From Gordius albopunctatus (lineage: Eukaryota): a stretch of DNA of 64,000 nt. A model generated the notes under the pieces. The model did not search any database and was not told where the DNA came from. It was given only the letters and a program-made list of their open reading frames with translations. Location of the stretch: the NCBI GenBank assembly GCA_964276515.1, contig OZ193909.1:10912001-10976000 (forward strand). Reading direction: 5' to 3'. A program made the translations under genes and the position numbers. Each line of letters starts with the position of its first letter. The stretch's first letter is position 1. Shown piece after piece: positions 46,701 to 58,699 of this stretch.

Positions 46701-47587
46701 ATAGCCGGTTTCCGACCTGACGCCAACCCTCCACTTTTTGCACACGGACTTGGGACCGTCGTAGGTAGTGTTAGTTCTTTTTATATTGATTTTATATTAG
46801 TGCTCATGTGGAGCGCCTATTTAGTTTCGCAAAACAGGTCTTAGGGGAGAAGCGTGGGTGTTTGTTAGATTCTAACTTAGAAAATTTATTACTTTTAAAA
46901 GCTAATAAAAGATTATAAATATTTTGATATATCATATAATATAAATAAAACGTTTTTATAAAAAATATGATTTTGTTTCGTGTATCTTTTAAAAAAATGA
47001 AAATCAAAGGAGCGACACTCCATTAGTTGGAGCGGGAGTGCTCCTTTTATTATGCAGTAGCGGGAGCCGGAGTTCGCTCCTTTTGAGAAGGTAGGAGCAG
47101 TAGTCGCTAATTTTAAAAAGGAGCGTTAACAGGACTGCTTGAAAGACGTCGATTGGGAGACGATAATTGCGGATTTAAAGGAAACGGCGCTACTTTTAGG
47201 GTAGGCAAAGCTTTGCAATCTGTTAAGGATTTGATCAGAAGAAAGATAATTGTCAGACGATTCAAGAATACAACGAAGTAAAGAGAGCTGCGAAAAAGTT
47301 TATTGCCATATTGGTAAAGGCTGTTTACAGCCAGATGGTTAACAAATTGGATCCCAAAAAGTAAAGGCTTATGGCAACATAGCCAAGAGAAGGGAGAAAA
47401 AAAGTCACGATATCGGGGACCTTAAACTCTCATTTCTACCTTTAAAAAGTGGTGAACCATATTCAAGATAGAAATTAAAGTAATAATTAACATAAATCGC
47501 GAGTTATAAATAAAAGCCAAAGTATAGCGTAATTTAAACTTCTTCCTTTCGCTCGATACCCCCAATGGTAGTGCAAGTGAAGGATAA

Positions 47588-49733
47588 CGCGAAAATACTC
47601 TAGATTCTAGAATTTAATTTAGAAAATGTTAGTACTAATTCAGTAGGAGAAGAAGAGGAACATAGAGATCAGGATGAGGGTGATAAATAAATAAGCTAAA
47701 TATAGATTCTAGAATCTATTTCCATAGAAAAAGATTGTATTAATTCTGTAAGACTAAGAATACAAGAAAGAGAGGATAATCAAATACAAACATTTTTATC
47801 CGAAAAAAATATTTACAAAAAAATTTCACCTTGAAAATTTTCTAACAATACCCATGAGTAAATCCTAGTTACGCCTATGATCACTGTATAACGTCATGAA
47901 GGTGCGTATGATTGACATTTTATTAAGTGATTGCCGCATTTTACAGTATCCCGTATTACGTTATATGACGTCTTTATTAAGTGCCAAAAAGTATAGAACA
48001 ACGTATAAAACAAAAAAAAACCTGACCCCTCAAAAACTATTGGACCGATTTTGCTCGAATAAATCTTAAAGCATGCTCCGGAGTGTCAGGAATAAACTCT
48101 GAAATTTTGAGCCAAATCGGTCTGGTAGTTTTCCAAAATTGGTGGCTTTCATTTTTATATATAAGATTTAAAGGAGCGGAGGAGCCTCCAGCCCTAAAAG
48201 GAGCTAGTCCCGCTCCCACTCCTCATTTTAAAAATGTAGCGGCGCTCCTTAACAAGACTGCTTTCAAATGATATTTATCTTTCGTCGCCGTATCCACTAG
48301 CATTAATTCGAGATTCTCAGCCTTTCCTCTTTACAAAAAGACTCCTCCATCAAGATCCATATCAAGAAGACGAATTTGCCTGGGGAATTCTTATCCCGGT
48401 ATTACTTTGCAATCTTTAATCCTCGTAAATCCTTTCGTGATCTTCACAGTTAACAATCGCTATGTCGTGTGCTTGCGATACTTTGAAAGTTTTTCCTATT
48501 CTTTGTTCTTAAAGCTCATTGCTTCCATAATTTCGTTCATACCCCGAACGATTTTTTCTCTTCAAGTATATTTTATTTTAAACGAGCCCATAAAAAAGTT
48601 TTGGGTTTCCATATACGATATACCCAATAATATGTGAAGCATACGCACACATAAGGGTAAGGAGGCCCCTTGATCTGCAATCTTCAACATATCTAGAGAG
48701 CGCATTCCGTATGGCAAGTCGTTTTAAAGAGGAGAAAATTTACTAGAGACCGATATGATAGCCTTTTTTTAATATAAAGGATAGTATTGTAAAATAAGTG
48801 CTCATTTATGGGTATACAAATGTTTGAAATGTAACTGGAACTTCTCTTTAAAAAGGGACATTAAAATTGAGCAATTTTTTTAAAAGGAACAAGTTTCCTT
48901 TTTGAGAAAGTTAGTCTCTACATTTTTAAAAAAGGTGACTAATTCGGTTCACATCATATAATTATTATAATGAAGTAGTTAGCTCTAATAATTACAAACT
49001 GACACTCCTTTTCATAAGCCGTTAGTGTTAATCTTTACCATATTTTGGTAAATTTACGAAATTTATGTTTAACTTCAACTCATAAATTATCCTAATAAAG
49101 TAATTACCAAAAAATAAATGTGCCGACAAACTAAATAATATTTAAAATATTCATTTTTTCCAAAATTTCGCGAAAATACTCTAGATTCTAGAATTTAATT
49201 TAGAAAATGTTAGTACTAATTCAGTAGGAGAAGAAGAGGAACATAGAGATCAGGATGAGGGTGATAAATAAATTATATAAGCTAAATATAGATTCTAGAA
49301 TCTATTTCCATAGAAAAAGATTGTATTAATTCTGTAAGACTAAAAATACAAGAAAGAGAGGATAATCAAATACAAACATTTTTATCCGAAAAAAATATTT
49401 ACAAAAAAATTTCACCTTGAAAATTTTCTAACACTACCCATGAGTAAATCCTAGTTACGCCTATGATCACTGTATAACGTCATGAAGTTGCGTATGATTG
49501 ACATTTTATTAAGTGATTGCCGCATTTTACAGTATCCCGTATTACGTTATATGACGTCTTTATTAAGGGCCAAAAAGTATAGAACAACGTATAAAACAAA
49601 AAAAAACCTGACCCCTCAAAAACTATTGGACCGATTTGGCTCGAATAAATCTTAAAGCATGCTCCGGAGTGTCAGGAATAAACTCTGAAATTTTGAGCCA
49701 AATCGGTCTGGTAGTTTTTCAAAATTGATGGCG
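47588..49733. repeat. Direct duplication (47588-~48150 and 49169-~49733) flanking an inverted copy of 37012-38040
   Basis: Both direct copies start CGCGAAAATACTCTAGATTC and differ by a few substitutions and one small indel. Each holds a hAT right end (GTTACGCCTATG) and a minus-strand Helitron 5' part. Confidence 0.9.
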
Positions 49734-50389
49734 GCATACACACACACACATACATAGTTTCATTTTTATAGATATAAATTATTAATTGCTCTATTTTTTA
49801 ACCTCTAATTTTTGTATATCCTGTAGCATTCATTCTTTTTTCAGGCACTAAATTAACTCTAAAACATTTTTATTCTATTTGCTATAGATTTTCGTTTACA
49901 GAATTTAAGATTATGGCTTCGTATATTCTTTTATAATTAAGTTAAATTAGTTACAATGCACCAAAATTAGAATTTTTGTTTTTTATTTTATCACAAATTT
50001 TACTGGTATAATTACTAGGGCCATCTAATTTAATAAATATTTTTGTTCTAATCTAAAACTTAGGTGTATTAACTGATATAAATTAATAAAATCAATGTAA
50101 ACTACTTATTGAAAGTTGAATATTCTCATGTAATTTCATTAGAGTATTTTAATTTAATGGTAATATTCTATCTAAATTCTTATGTGTATTAACTTAAATT
50201 AATCAAATAAAGATAAATTATTGAAAGTGGAATATTCTCATGTAATTTTTTAAAGTAATTTCATTTGTAGTACTATGTTGAAATTTTGTAGGTGTATTAA
50301 CTTCAGAAATAAATTGATGATTTATTATTTTAACATGATAATTATGATTTTTTTTATAAATGTCAAAAATAAAATAAAATTGTATAAAA

Positions 50390-50633
50390 TTTTTGATGGG
50401 GCCGGGTGGAGTTCTTCAAAAAAATTTGAACGGGTTTTGGCGGGCCTGACCTTTTTCTAAACGGGTACGAACGGGTCTCAAAATTTTACGGACGGGCTTA
50501 AAAAATTTATGGACGGGCTCGGACGGGCCTGAAGTGTTGAAAAAAAATTACGGCCGGGCTCGGACGGGCCTTGAAGTTTTGAAAACGGGTACGGGCGGGC
50601 CGACCTTCTAAAAACGGCCCGTTGCAGATCTCT
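50390..50633. mobile_element. hAT-type element right end with ACGGG subterminal repeats
   Basis: Clustered ACGGG/GACGGGC motifs ending in TGCAGATCTCTA. Left end and TSD not found. Confidence 0.55.
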
Positions 50634-51503
50634 AATCCACATCACCAACCTCACGAAGATCACTTCCTCCGACACTTATCATGAGGGTTATTAAATAAAA
50701 GTTTTTTTAAGAAAGCGTATACGAACACAACCGCATCTAACTTTTTATTGGAAGGCATAATTTGGTTCGCACGTTCTACGCTAGTTTTTCAAATTTAATT
50801 TCTAATCAGTCCTTTAGATTTAAATTTGTCATTTCCTGTTAAATCTAGTGACTGTTGGGTTTTTATAAAAATAGGAGCTGGTTAAAGTGATAGGAAAAAG
50901 TACATAATTACTTTATCGAAGCGAAGGGCTAACCATACATAGGAGAGGTGCCCTCATAGGCCCCCTTTCCATTTTAGATATTTAACCATTTAACATAGTC
51001 CTAGGTGGGACACAGAGCTATAGGGTAGGCAAGCTAGACCTAATATAAGCTATAGGTTGCATTACCTAAAATTATGATTTGCGCGCAAACGTTCCTGGCA
51101 CAGGTTCGTTACTAAAACACTAACCATTACGGATTAGCCAACTATTTTAAAAAATCGGCCGATAAAAACAACAAGCCTACTGTAAACACCCGAGAGGCGG
51201 AAACTCCACGACATGTGATCTTGGGCTCAACTCCAACGGTATTACCTCTCATCAAACCAATGTGAAGTTTTGGTACCCGGCTAACATTTAAATTGATTAA
51301 TGCGCAACCAACATAAGTCCTTTAATTATGAGAGAAAAACTTCGTCAACAATACCCAAAAGATTTTAAAAAGATCGTTTTTTATGCTTTTGCTAAAATCT
51401 TATATATAAAAATGAAACTATGTGTGTATCTATGTATGCCGCAGCCCAAAATTTCACATTTTATTCCTGACACTCCGGAGCATGTTTTAAGATATGTTTG
51501 AGC

Positions 51504-52192
51504 TAGAGACCTGCAAAGTCACTTTTTTCAACCCGACCCGAAAACGTTTTTAATTTTTCAACCCGACCCGACCCGAAAGCGTTTTAAAATTTTCAACCCG
51601 AACCCGACCAGACACGAAAGCGTTTTAAATATTTTAAATTGATTTGACAAAATAAATTGGCAGCTTTCAGAAATAATTTGACGCCACGAATTTGAATAAT
51701 AAATTTATCTGAGAGAATTATTATAATTATGTATAAATATAATAGCGTCTACAATTTCAGACTGTAAACTCGACGTAGAAAAAGATCTCTCACTGGACGT
51801 ATAGGAGGCAGGTATGGCCAGAAATTTACGAGCCAATAACCCTAAGACAGGATATTTATAAGAATATATTCTCCACCATTCTAATGTGTCGTATGTTTCA
51901 TCCTTTTTTGCAAGTTTATAATGAATATATTCCTCAAGTTGATCTTTTTCTTGAACATTTTCATCTGCACATTCCTCCCAACCGAAAAAATCCACTTGAA
52001 AGATATGTTTGTTATGCAATTTAAGATTTATAACCTTCAACCCGACCCGAAAGCGTTTTAAATTTTTCAACCCGAACCCGACCCGGAAGCGTTTTAAAAT
52101 TTTCAAACTGAACCCGACCCGAAGGTATTTTAAAATTGTCAAGCCGAACCCGACCCTCGGATTGGGTTTTGGGTCACCCGTGCAGGGCTCTA
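51504..52192 (-). mobile_element. Internally deleted hAT (Ac-like) element
   Basis: TIR TAGAGACCTGCA / TGCAGGGCTCTA. AACCCGACCCGAAAGCGTTTTAAA subterminal repeats. hAT dimerisation remnant LEWWRIYSYKYPVLGLLARKFLAIPASYTSSERSFS. TSD degenerate (GTTTGAGC / GTTCGAAT). Confidence 0.88.
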
Positions 52193-52398
52193 GTTCGAAT
52201 CGGCACAGTAGTTTTTGAGTTAGTTTGGTTTATATATTTTCCCGTTTAATAAAATGTCAATCAAACTCAACCTCACGACGTACTGCCTATCTAAATGAAA
52301 CTATGTGTGTGCATGCGAGTAGGTAGGTTAGTGTGATGAATGTAGGCATGTGCTGCGGAAAATGGAAACTTTTTACGATTTGAAACATTAAATCACAG

Positions 52399-52583
52399 CA
52401 TGGGTGTACGCAGGTTTTGAATTAGGGGGAGGGGCAGATAAAAAAAAATTTTCTCGACTATCCAAAAATTTTCCTGAGAGCAAAAAAAGGTTTTCGACTA
52501 CTAAATTCTTAAATTTTTCCTAAGACACGCAGGGGGTAGCCGCCCTCCCCTGACTAATTAGGGGGGGGGGGGCGACGCCCATG
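52399..52583. mobile_element. hAT (Tip100-like) MITE
   Basis: TIR CATGGGTGT / ACGCCCATG. TSD AATCACAG / AATCAAAG (1 mismatch). Confidence 0.75.
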
Positions 52584-53246
52584 AATCAAAGTCATTTTTT
52601 TGCTTATTTTTCACGTCAATTATTATTATTATAGGACGGTCGTGTCTCCTCCTGCGTGACTAAATAAAATAAAAAATCTAATTTTGTCATTTTTTGCACG
52701 TTAAATATGGAGAAAAATGAAAATACATTTAACAAAGTGCCAATAAATGTTGATATATATCAATTCTTCGGACATTATTAAGTTCAGAATTAAAAGTTTT
52801 ATTCAGAAACAAATAATTATAATTATGATATTGTTTCTTAATTACAAAAAAATAAAAATAATTGCTTGAAGGGCCATGGGGCCAAAGATTTTTCCCTAGG
52901 GGGGGGCATGGGTCAAGGTTTTCTCTCTTGGGTGGGTCTGGGCCTTGGACCCTCTTTAACTATTTGTTTAAAAATTATCAAACTTTATTTTTACTTAAAT
53001 AACCGCTTTATTATCATGTATGCCCTAAAATTCCAACATAAAAATAATACACCCGGGTAAATGGCAAAACAAACTTTGCCAGGTTCAAGCGCGTAGGGAA
53101 GGGGGGGGGGTTTCGGGTTTGAACCCCCCCCCCTCCTCCTGGATATTATTTTTTTTCAAAACACAACACAAAATTATTGATAATCATAATTATACTTAAT
53201 TTAGCTAGTGTCAAGTGCTGCGTTTATATTTATATATATATTCAAC

Positions 53247-54695
53247 CTATCATAAATTTTGGAGTTGATTTTTATAGCCGGTTTCCGACCTGACGCCAAC
53301 CCTCCACTTTTTGCACACGGACTTGGGACCGTCGTACCTTAACAAGATATTGGTAGAAGAGCGAATCCCTAATCAATGGAGAGCAAGCACGATTATACCT
53401 TTATTCAAAGGGAAAGGAGACCCTCAGGACTGCGGCAATTACAGAGGTATCAAGCTAACTTGCCACTCCTTGAAGCTTTTGGAAAGGATCTTAGTAACAA
53501 GGCTGAAAAACGAGGTGGAAATATCGGCTAATCAATTCGGATTCGTGGCCGGCAAATCCACAATCGACCCAATCTTCGCCCTAAGACAAATGATGGATAA
53601 GTATGGTGAAAAGAGGAAAGACCTACATATGGTTTTTATCGACTTGGAGAAAGCTTATGACACGGTCCCCCGCGATTTAATTTGGTGGTGCCTGAGGAAA
53701 CAAAATATCCCTGACGCATATATACGGCTTATGAAAAATATCTATGAAGCCTCAAACTCTTGCGTTAGGACGACAGTTGGAGACTCTAAACCTTTTCGGG
53801 TTAATATTGGATTACATCAAGGCTCTGTTTTAAGTCCCTTTTTATTTAATATAATTATAGACACGATAACGAGGGACTTTCAAAAGCCATCGCCATGGTG
53901 TATGCTATATGCCGATGATATAGTACTATGCGAGGAAACAAGGGAGAAGGTATTCGAAGAAGCAGAAAAGTGGTCAAAGCGCTTAGCTGGATATGGTTTA
54001 AAGGTCAACGATCGAAAAACGGTATACATGGAAATGAACGGTACAAGCACCCCATCGCTGGATGACCACCTAAAGTACCCAAAAGTAGACAGGTTTAATT
54101 ACCTCGGCTCTATGCTACATCAAGAGGGAGGTTGCGCAACTGAAATCAATGCCCGGATTCAAAAAGGATGGCTTAAATGGCGAAGTATATCCGGTGTAAT
54201 GTGCGACAAGAAAATGCCAATATGGTTGAAGAGCAAAGCTTACAAATCCATCGTAAGACCGGTGTTACTCTATGGAAGTGAAACATGGGCGTTAAACACC
54301 ACGGAAGGAAAGCTATTACAAGCCACGGAGATGAGAATGATACGGTGGAGCTTGGGGTATACTAAGCTCGACCATATGACGAATGACTTTCTCATGACAA
54401 AAATGGGTATTCAACCTATGGCGGACATGATTAACGAAAATCGGCTAAGGTGGTATGGGCATATACTAAGAAGGGACCCGGATGACGTAAATCGAAAAGT
54501 GCTAGACATGAAAATACCGGGGAAGAGAGGAAGAGGACGACCCCGTGTCACGTGGAAAAGGCAAGTCGATAAAGTTATGGAAACTAAAGAGATTCGTCAA
54601 GACATGGCACTAACCCGGTCAAGATGGAAGAGACTCATCAAAACAAACCCCACCAATGTGGGACCAAATAACTGATAAAGAAGAAGAAGAAGAAG
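53247..54695 (+). mobile_element. RTE LINE insertion with inverted 5' UTR segment and intact RT reading frame
   Basis: 53247-53336 is the RTE 5' end in antisense. 53337-54675 is an open RT frame (YADD) followed by a (GAA)n tail. 13-bp TSD ATATTCAACCTAT at 53238-50 and 54696-708. Confidence 0.92.
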
Positions 54696-54696
54696 A

Positions 54697-54979
54697 TATT
54701 CAACCTATGGCGGACATGATTAACGAAAATCGGCTTAGGTGGTATGGGCATATACTAAGAAGGGACCCGGATGACGTAAATCGAAAAGTGCTAGACATGA
54801 AAATACCGGGGAAGAGAGGAAGAGGACGACCCCGTGTCACGTGGAAAAGGAAAGTCGATAAAGTTATGGAAACTAAAGAGATTCGTCAAGACATGGCACT
54901 AACCCGGTCAAGATGGAAGAGACTCATCAAAACAAACCCCACCAATGTGGGACCAAATAACTGATAAAGAAGAAGAAGA
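54697..54979 (+). mobile_element. Short 5'-truncated RTE 3' fragment
   Basis: Repeats the last ~285 bp of the RTE, including the stop codon and (GAA)n tail, with about 2 substitutions. Confidence 0.92.
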
Positions 54980-55502
54980 TGTTAAAAAATTAAGTCGACA
55001 AGTTAATAAATTTTGAATTTCCGAATTTGTATTTTTGATTAAAAGCTTCCAAACTGATCTTATTTGTAAATTTAAGTTCCGCAACTTTCAATATATGTCG
55101 AAAATAAAATTACTTCCAAAAAATATGGCTTAAAAAATTTTAAACCCCCCCCCCTCTAGCAAATCCTGGCTACGCCCTTGGCCAGGTTTATTACACTATG
55201 GTAGAACTTATATTTATTTCACGTGGATAAGGATTAATACAGAACGATGATGATTGTTAGCAATTGGTAAAAGGGATTGGAAGAATAATGATTGATTATA
55301 ATTGATAGAGCGAATGATTACAATATCGGAATACAGAATAATAATGATGAGATATAATTAGTAGAGCGAAGGATTATTGATTCAATTAGAAATGACGCAA
55401 TATAATGATGGAGCGATGGATTGCGGAAATACATGCCAATGATGATAACACATGGAGTTGACAATCTGCTACATTTTTATTCTCAACTCGCATTTTAATA
55501 TC

Positions 55503-58500
55503 CTACAAATAGTCCCCTTCGTAGACGTGGAGCGTTACATAAAATTGAAAAACTTCTTGGGTCAATGAACATGACGGCCGGACTTGGTGGTAATTGGTGT
55601 AGGAGTGATTTTGGTTGGTGGAGAAGAAGAATTGCTTGCTTTGGGAGGAGTGAACACAGCGTGTTGTATGGTAGGTTTGCATAACGTAGATCGACTTGGT
55701 GGGAAGGGACATGGATTTGGGGAAATCGGATCTAGGTTCAAGGAAGGCTGGCTTTAAACGATCCATTGAAACGGTGTCTCTTTTTCCATTGTGGTCTATG
55801 GCGAAATATTTAGAATGTCTTTCGATTACCTTGTAAGGACCTTCGTACGGAGGGACTAAAGCTTTCCGAAGCCGGTCAATTCTTATAAATACGTGAGTGG
55901 CTGTAACCAAATCGTTGGTAATCTGTTGTTTGATATTTGATGGTCTGGTGGGTGTAAAACAAACGGTATCAAACTGCTCCCGAAGTCGTTGGATGTAATC
56001 AGCGGCATTTACGTCCAAATTTGAAGGTTGCAAAAAATCTCCTGGTAGTCTCAAAGAGGTGCCGTATACCAGTTCAGCGCTCGAACAGGACAAGTCTTCC
56101 TTGACGGTGCTTCGGATACCCAGGAGTACAAGGGGAATTCGTTCAGACCAATTGGTAGTGTCTCCTTTTGCCATAATCGAACTTTTTAGTTGTCGATGAA
56201 ATCGCTCTACCATACCATTGGCTTGTGGATGGTAAGCTGTAGTGGTTATATGATGGTAACCTAATAAACTAGATAAGTGTTTAAACAGGGCGGATTGGAA
56301 CTGGGGGCCTCGGTCTGTGGTTAATGTAGTGGGTACTCCGTAGTTAGCTATCCAATGCGTCAAAAATGTTCGGGCTACAGTTTCAGCTGATGCGTCGTTG
56401 ATTGGTATTGCCACGGGCCACCGGGTAAAACGATCGACTGCGGTGAAAATGTAGATGTGTCCATTAGACGGAGGTAATGGGCCCACGAGGTCCACGTGAA
56501 CATGACTGAATCTTGCGTCAGGCTCCGCGAAAGTGGCTGGGACTGTGATGGTGTGTCTATTAACCTTGCATTTTTGGCATGAAACGTACTGTTTTGTCCA
56601 ATCTCGCACCTCTTTATTCATTCCAGGCCAGACGAAACGTTTGGAAATCAGTTTTAATGTTGGCTGGGAGGCTGGATGTGACAGACCATGTAGGTGCTCA
56701 AAAACTTCGCGTCGTAGGCTCTTGGGTACTAAGGGTCTTGGAATTGTGGTGGATGTATCGCAGGTAAGGGTTAAACTCGTACCTAGAATTAGACATTGTT
56801 CCAGTTTAAGGGATCCCAGCTCTTCGGTTGAGTATTGTTCCCGTTGTTGTGACATAGCTATCCTTTCCGTTATTGTGGTATTTTTAAGTTGTATGGCATC
56901 TATCTCTGTTCGCGAAAGAGCGTCCGCCACGATATTTGTCTTTCCATTGATTAATTGGATGTCGGATGTAAATTGTGATATGTAATCTAGCTGTCGTATT
57001 TCCCGTGGTGAGTATTTGTCAAACTTACTAGTTAAAGCGTAGGTCAGAGGCTTGTGATCTGTGTAAACCGTGAAGTATCGGGCTTCTAAAACATGTCGAT
57101 AATGTTTTATAGAGAGGTAAATAGCAAGTAATTCTCTACCAAATGTGCTGTAGCGCGTCTGAGTCGTATTTAATTTAAGCAAAAAAAATGACAAGGGGCT
57201 ACTCTCTCCATTTAATGTTTGGTGCAGGACGGCGCCGATGGCGGTGTTTGACGCATCGGTTGTTAATAAGAGAGTGGCGCTCTCTACAAGGTGATTCAGG
57301 GTCGGGATCTCATCAAGCGCTTCCTTAGTCTTGTTGAATGCATCCTGTGCGTCTTGTGTTAAGACGAGGGGTCCTTTTGAGTCATTGAGCAGATCAGTTA
57401 ATGGCTGGATCAGGAGTCCGCAGCTAGGTATAAAACGTCGGTAAAAATCTACCATACCTATGAAGCGACTAAGTTGCGTCATAGTTGTTGGGGTGGCAAA
57501 ACTTTTGATAGCTGAGATTTTGTCTGGTACCGGATTTAGACCTTGTGGTGATACATGGTGGCCTAGGAAGTTAATTGCGGGTTGTCCCCATTCACACTTG
57601 CCTACGTTAATCTTGAGATCGAACTCACGTAGGCGTTGGAAAACTTGACGGAGATGGTCTAAGTGTTGGGTGGTTGATGAGCTTGCAATTAAGATATCAT
57701 CTAGATAAGCAAATGTAAAGTTCAGGCCTCGAAAGGCTTGGTCGATGAAACGTTGGAAGGTTTGAGCGGAGTTGCGTAGCCCAAAAGGCATACGTGAATA
57801 TTCGAATAGCCCGAAGGGTGTGGTAATTGCTGTCTTTTTGATGTCTTCGGAGGCGACGGGAATTTGGTGGTAGGCTCGAACGAGATCTATCTTGCTGTAG
57901 ATTGTTGTGCCGGCCAAGTTGAGTGAAAAGTCGTGGAGGTGTGGGAGAGGATATCGATCTGGTACGGTTTGAGTGTTAAGGGCTCTGTAATCACCGCATG
58001 GTCGCCAATCTCCGGGTACTTTCTTTGGGACCATGTGCAGAGGGGATGCCCAGGGACTGTCCGAAGGTTGGATTATACCCAATTCAAGCATATGCGTAAA
58101 TTCTTGTTTAGCTATTTTCAATTTAACGGGGTCTAGGCGCCTAGGCTTGGCGTAAGCAGGTGGGCCTTGGGTGTTTATGTGATGGACGACGTGATGCTTT
58201 GCGTTAACCTTGTAATTAGGGGGTATAAATTTCGGGGAATTCTCTTAATAAGTTTAAAAAATCAGGGGAGTCTACCTTAATAGCGAGTTGTACATTATAC
58301 AAACTGCCATACGATTTTAATGCGGTGGTGGGGTCCAGCAGACACTTTCGTCGGATATCTACTAGGAGATTGAAGTTGCTTAAGAAATCCGCCCCGATGA
58401 TCGGCGTTTTCACGTCGGCAACTGTAAATACCCATTGGAAATTCCTGCGTAAACCAAGATCCAGTGCCAAGGATTTTTGACCATAAGTCTTGATGGTGCT

Positions 58501-58632
58501 GGTGTTGGCTGCTTGCAGGTAGATATGAGAGGGTTTAAGATGATGGTTGGGCGGAGGCGGTATAACACTAATTTCGGCCCCAGTGTCTATAGGGAGACGG
58601 AGTCCAGTAGATTTATCCAAAATGAAAAACAA
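55503..58632 (-). CDS. Gypsy pol (protease 58632-58216, premature stop, then RT-RNase H-integrase 58121-55503)
   Basis: IDTGAEIS (aspartic protease); [30 protein letters not shown] (RT); [15 protein letters not shown] (RNase H); [34 protein letters not shown] (integrase). Confidence 0.92.
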
Positions 58633-58699
58633 GCGACTCTTTGCTAGGCCTAGACCAGGCGTCGCTGCTCCTGGTTGGCCGAATGGTTTGACGCTGCGG

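Larger units (their letters stand above)
39944..46765 (-). mobile_element. Full-length RTE LINE (APE endonuclease + RT), inactivated and split by a Ginger insertion
   Basis: 5' UTR ~46681-46765. ORF from 46680 has APE motifs (WNVGTL, LQETRW, GADFNAHVG, QIDYLL), a frameshift near 46020, RT (GLHQGSALSPFLF, YADD) and a TAG at 44156 where other copies have TGG. The 3' piece 39958-40374 ends in a (GAA)n tail. Confidence 0.95.
37921..47137. mobile_element. hAT MITE expanded to 9.2 kb by nested insertions
   Basis: TIR CAGTCTTGTTAA / TTAACAGGACTG. GGAGCG subterminal repeats at both ends. Perfect TSD CTTGAAAG at 37913-20 and 47138-45. Confidence 0.88.
37200..47580 (+). mobile_element. Old degraded RTE LINE, split by nested insertions (pieces ~37200-37920 and 47138-~47580)
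   Basis: Near 37760, IKDCKVIPG...LLDMDLD matches the young RTE's IKDCKVIPGEEIARQHRPLVMDLD. After 47138, DVDWETIIADLKETA and QEYNEVKRAAKK match the collinear downstream RTE sequence. Outer limits approximate. Confidence 0.65.
53086..55180. mobile_element. hAT (Tip100-like) MITE carrying two RTE insertions
   Basis: TIR CAAGCGCGTAG / CTACGCCCTTG. Perfect TSD GCCAGGTT at 53078-85 and 55181-88. Confidence 0.88.

Noticed and set aside
50860..51300. GC-richer non-coding patch that might be an RNA gene or LINE UTR
   Set aside because: No tRNA, rRNA or snRNA signature, ORF or second copy that I could recognise.
52030..52160. Regularly spaced repeats (also 22360-22455, 31310-31425, 50460-50610) resembling a CRISPR array or repeat protein
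   Set aside because: They are hAT subterminal repeats next to TIRs, with no unique spacers and no cas genes, in a eukaryotic context.
56533..57648. Plus-strand ORFs over Gypsy pol, and similar ORFs over the RTE and the orphan RT
   Set aside because: Antisense shadows of GC-richer coding sequence with no recognisable motifs.
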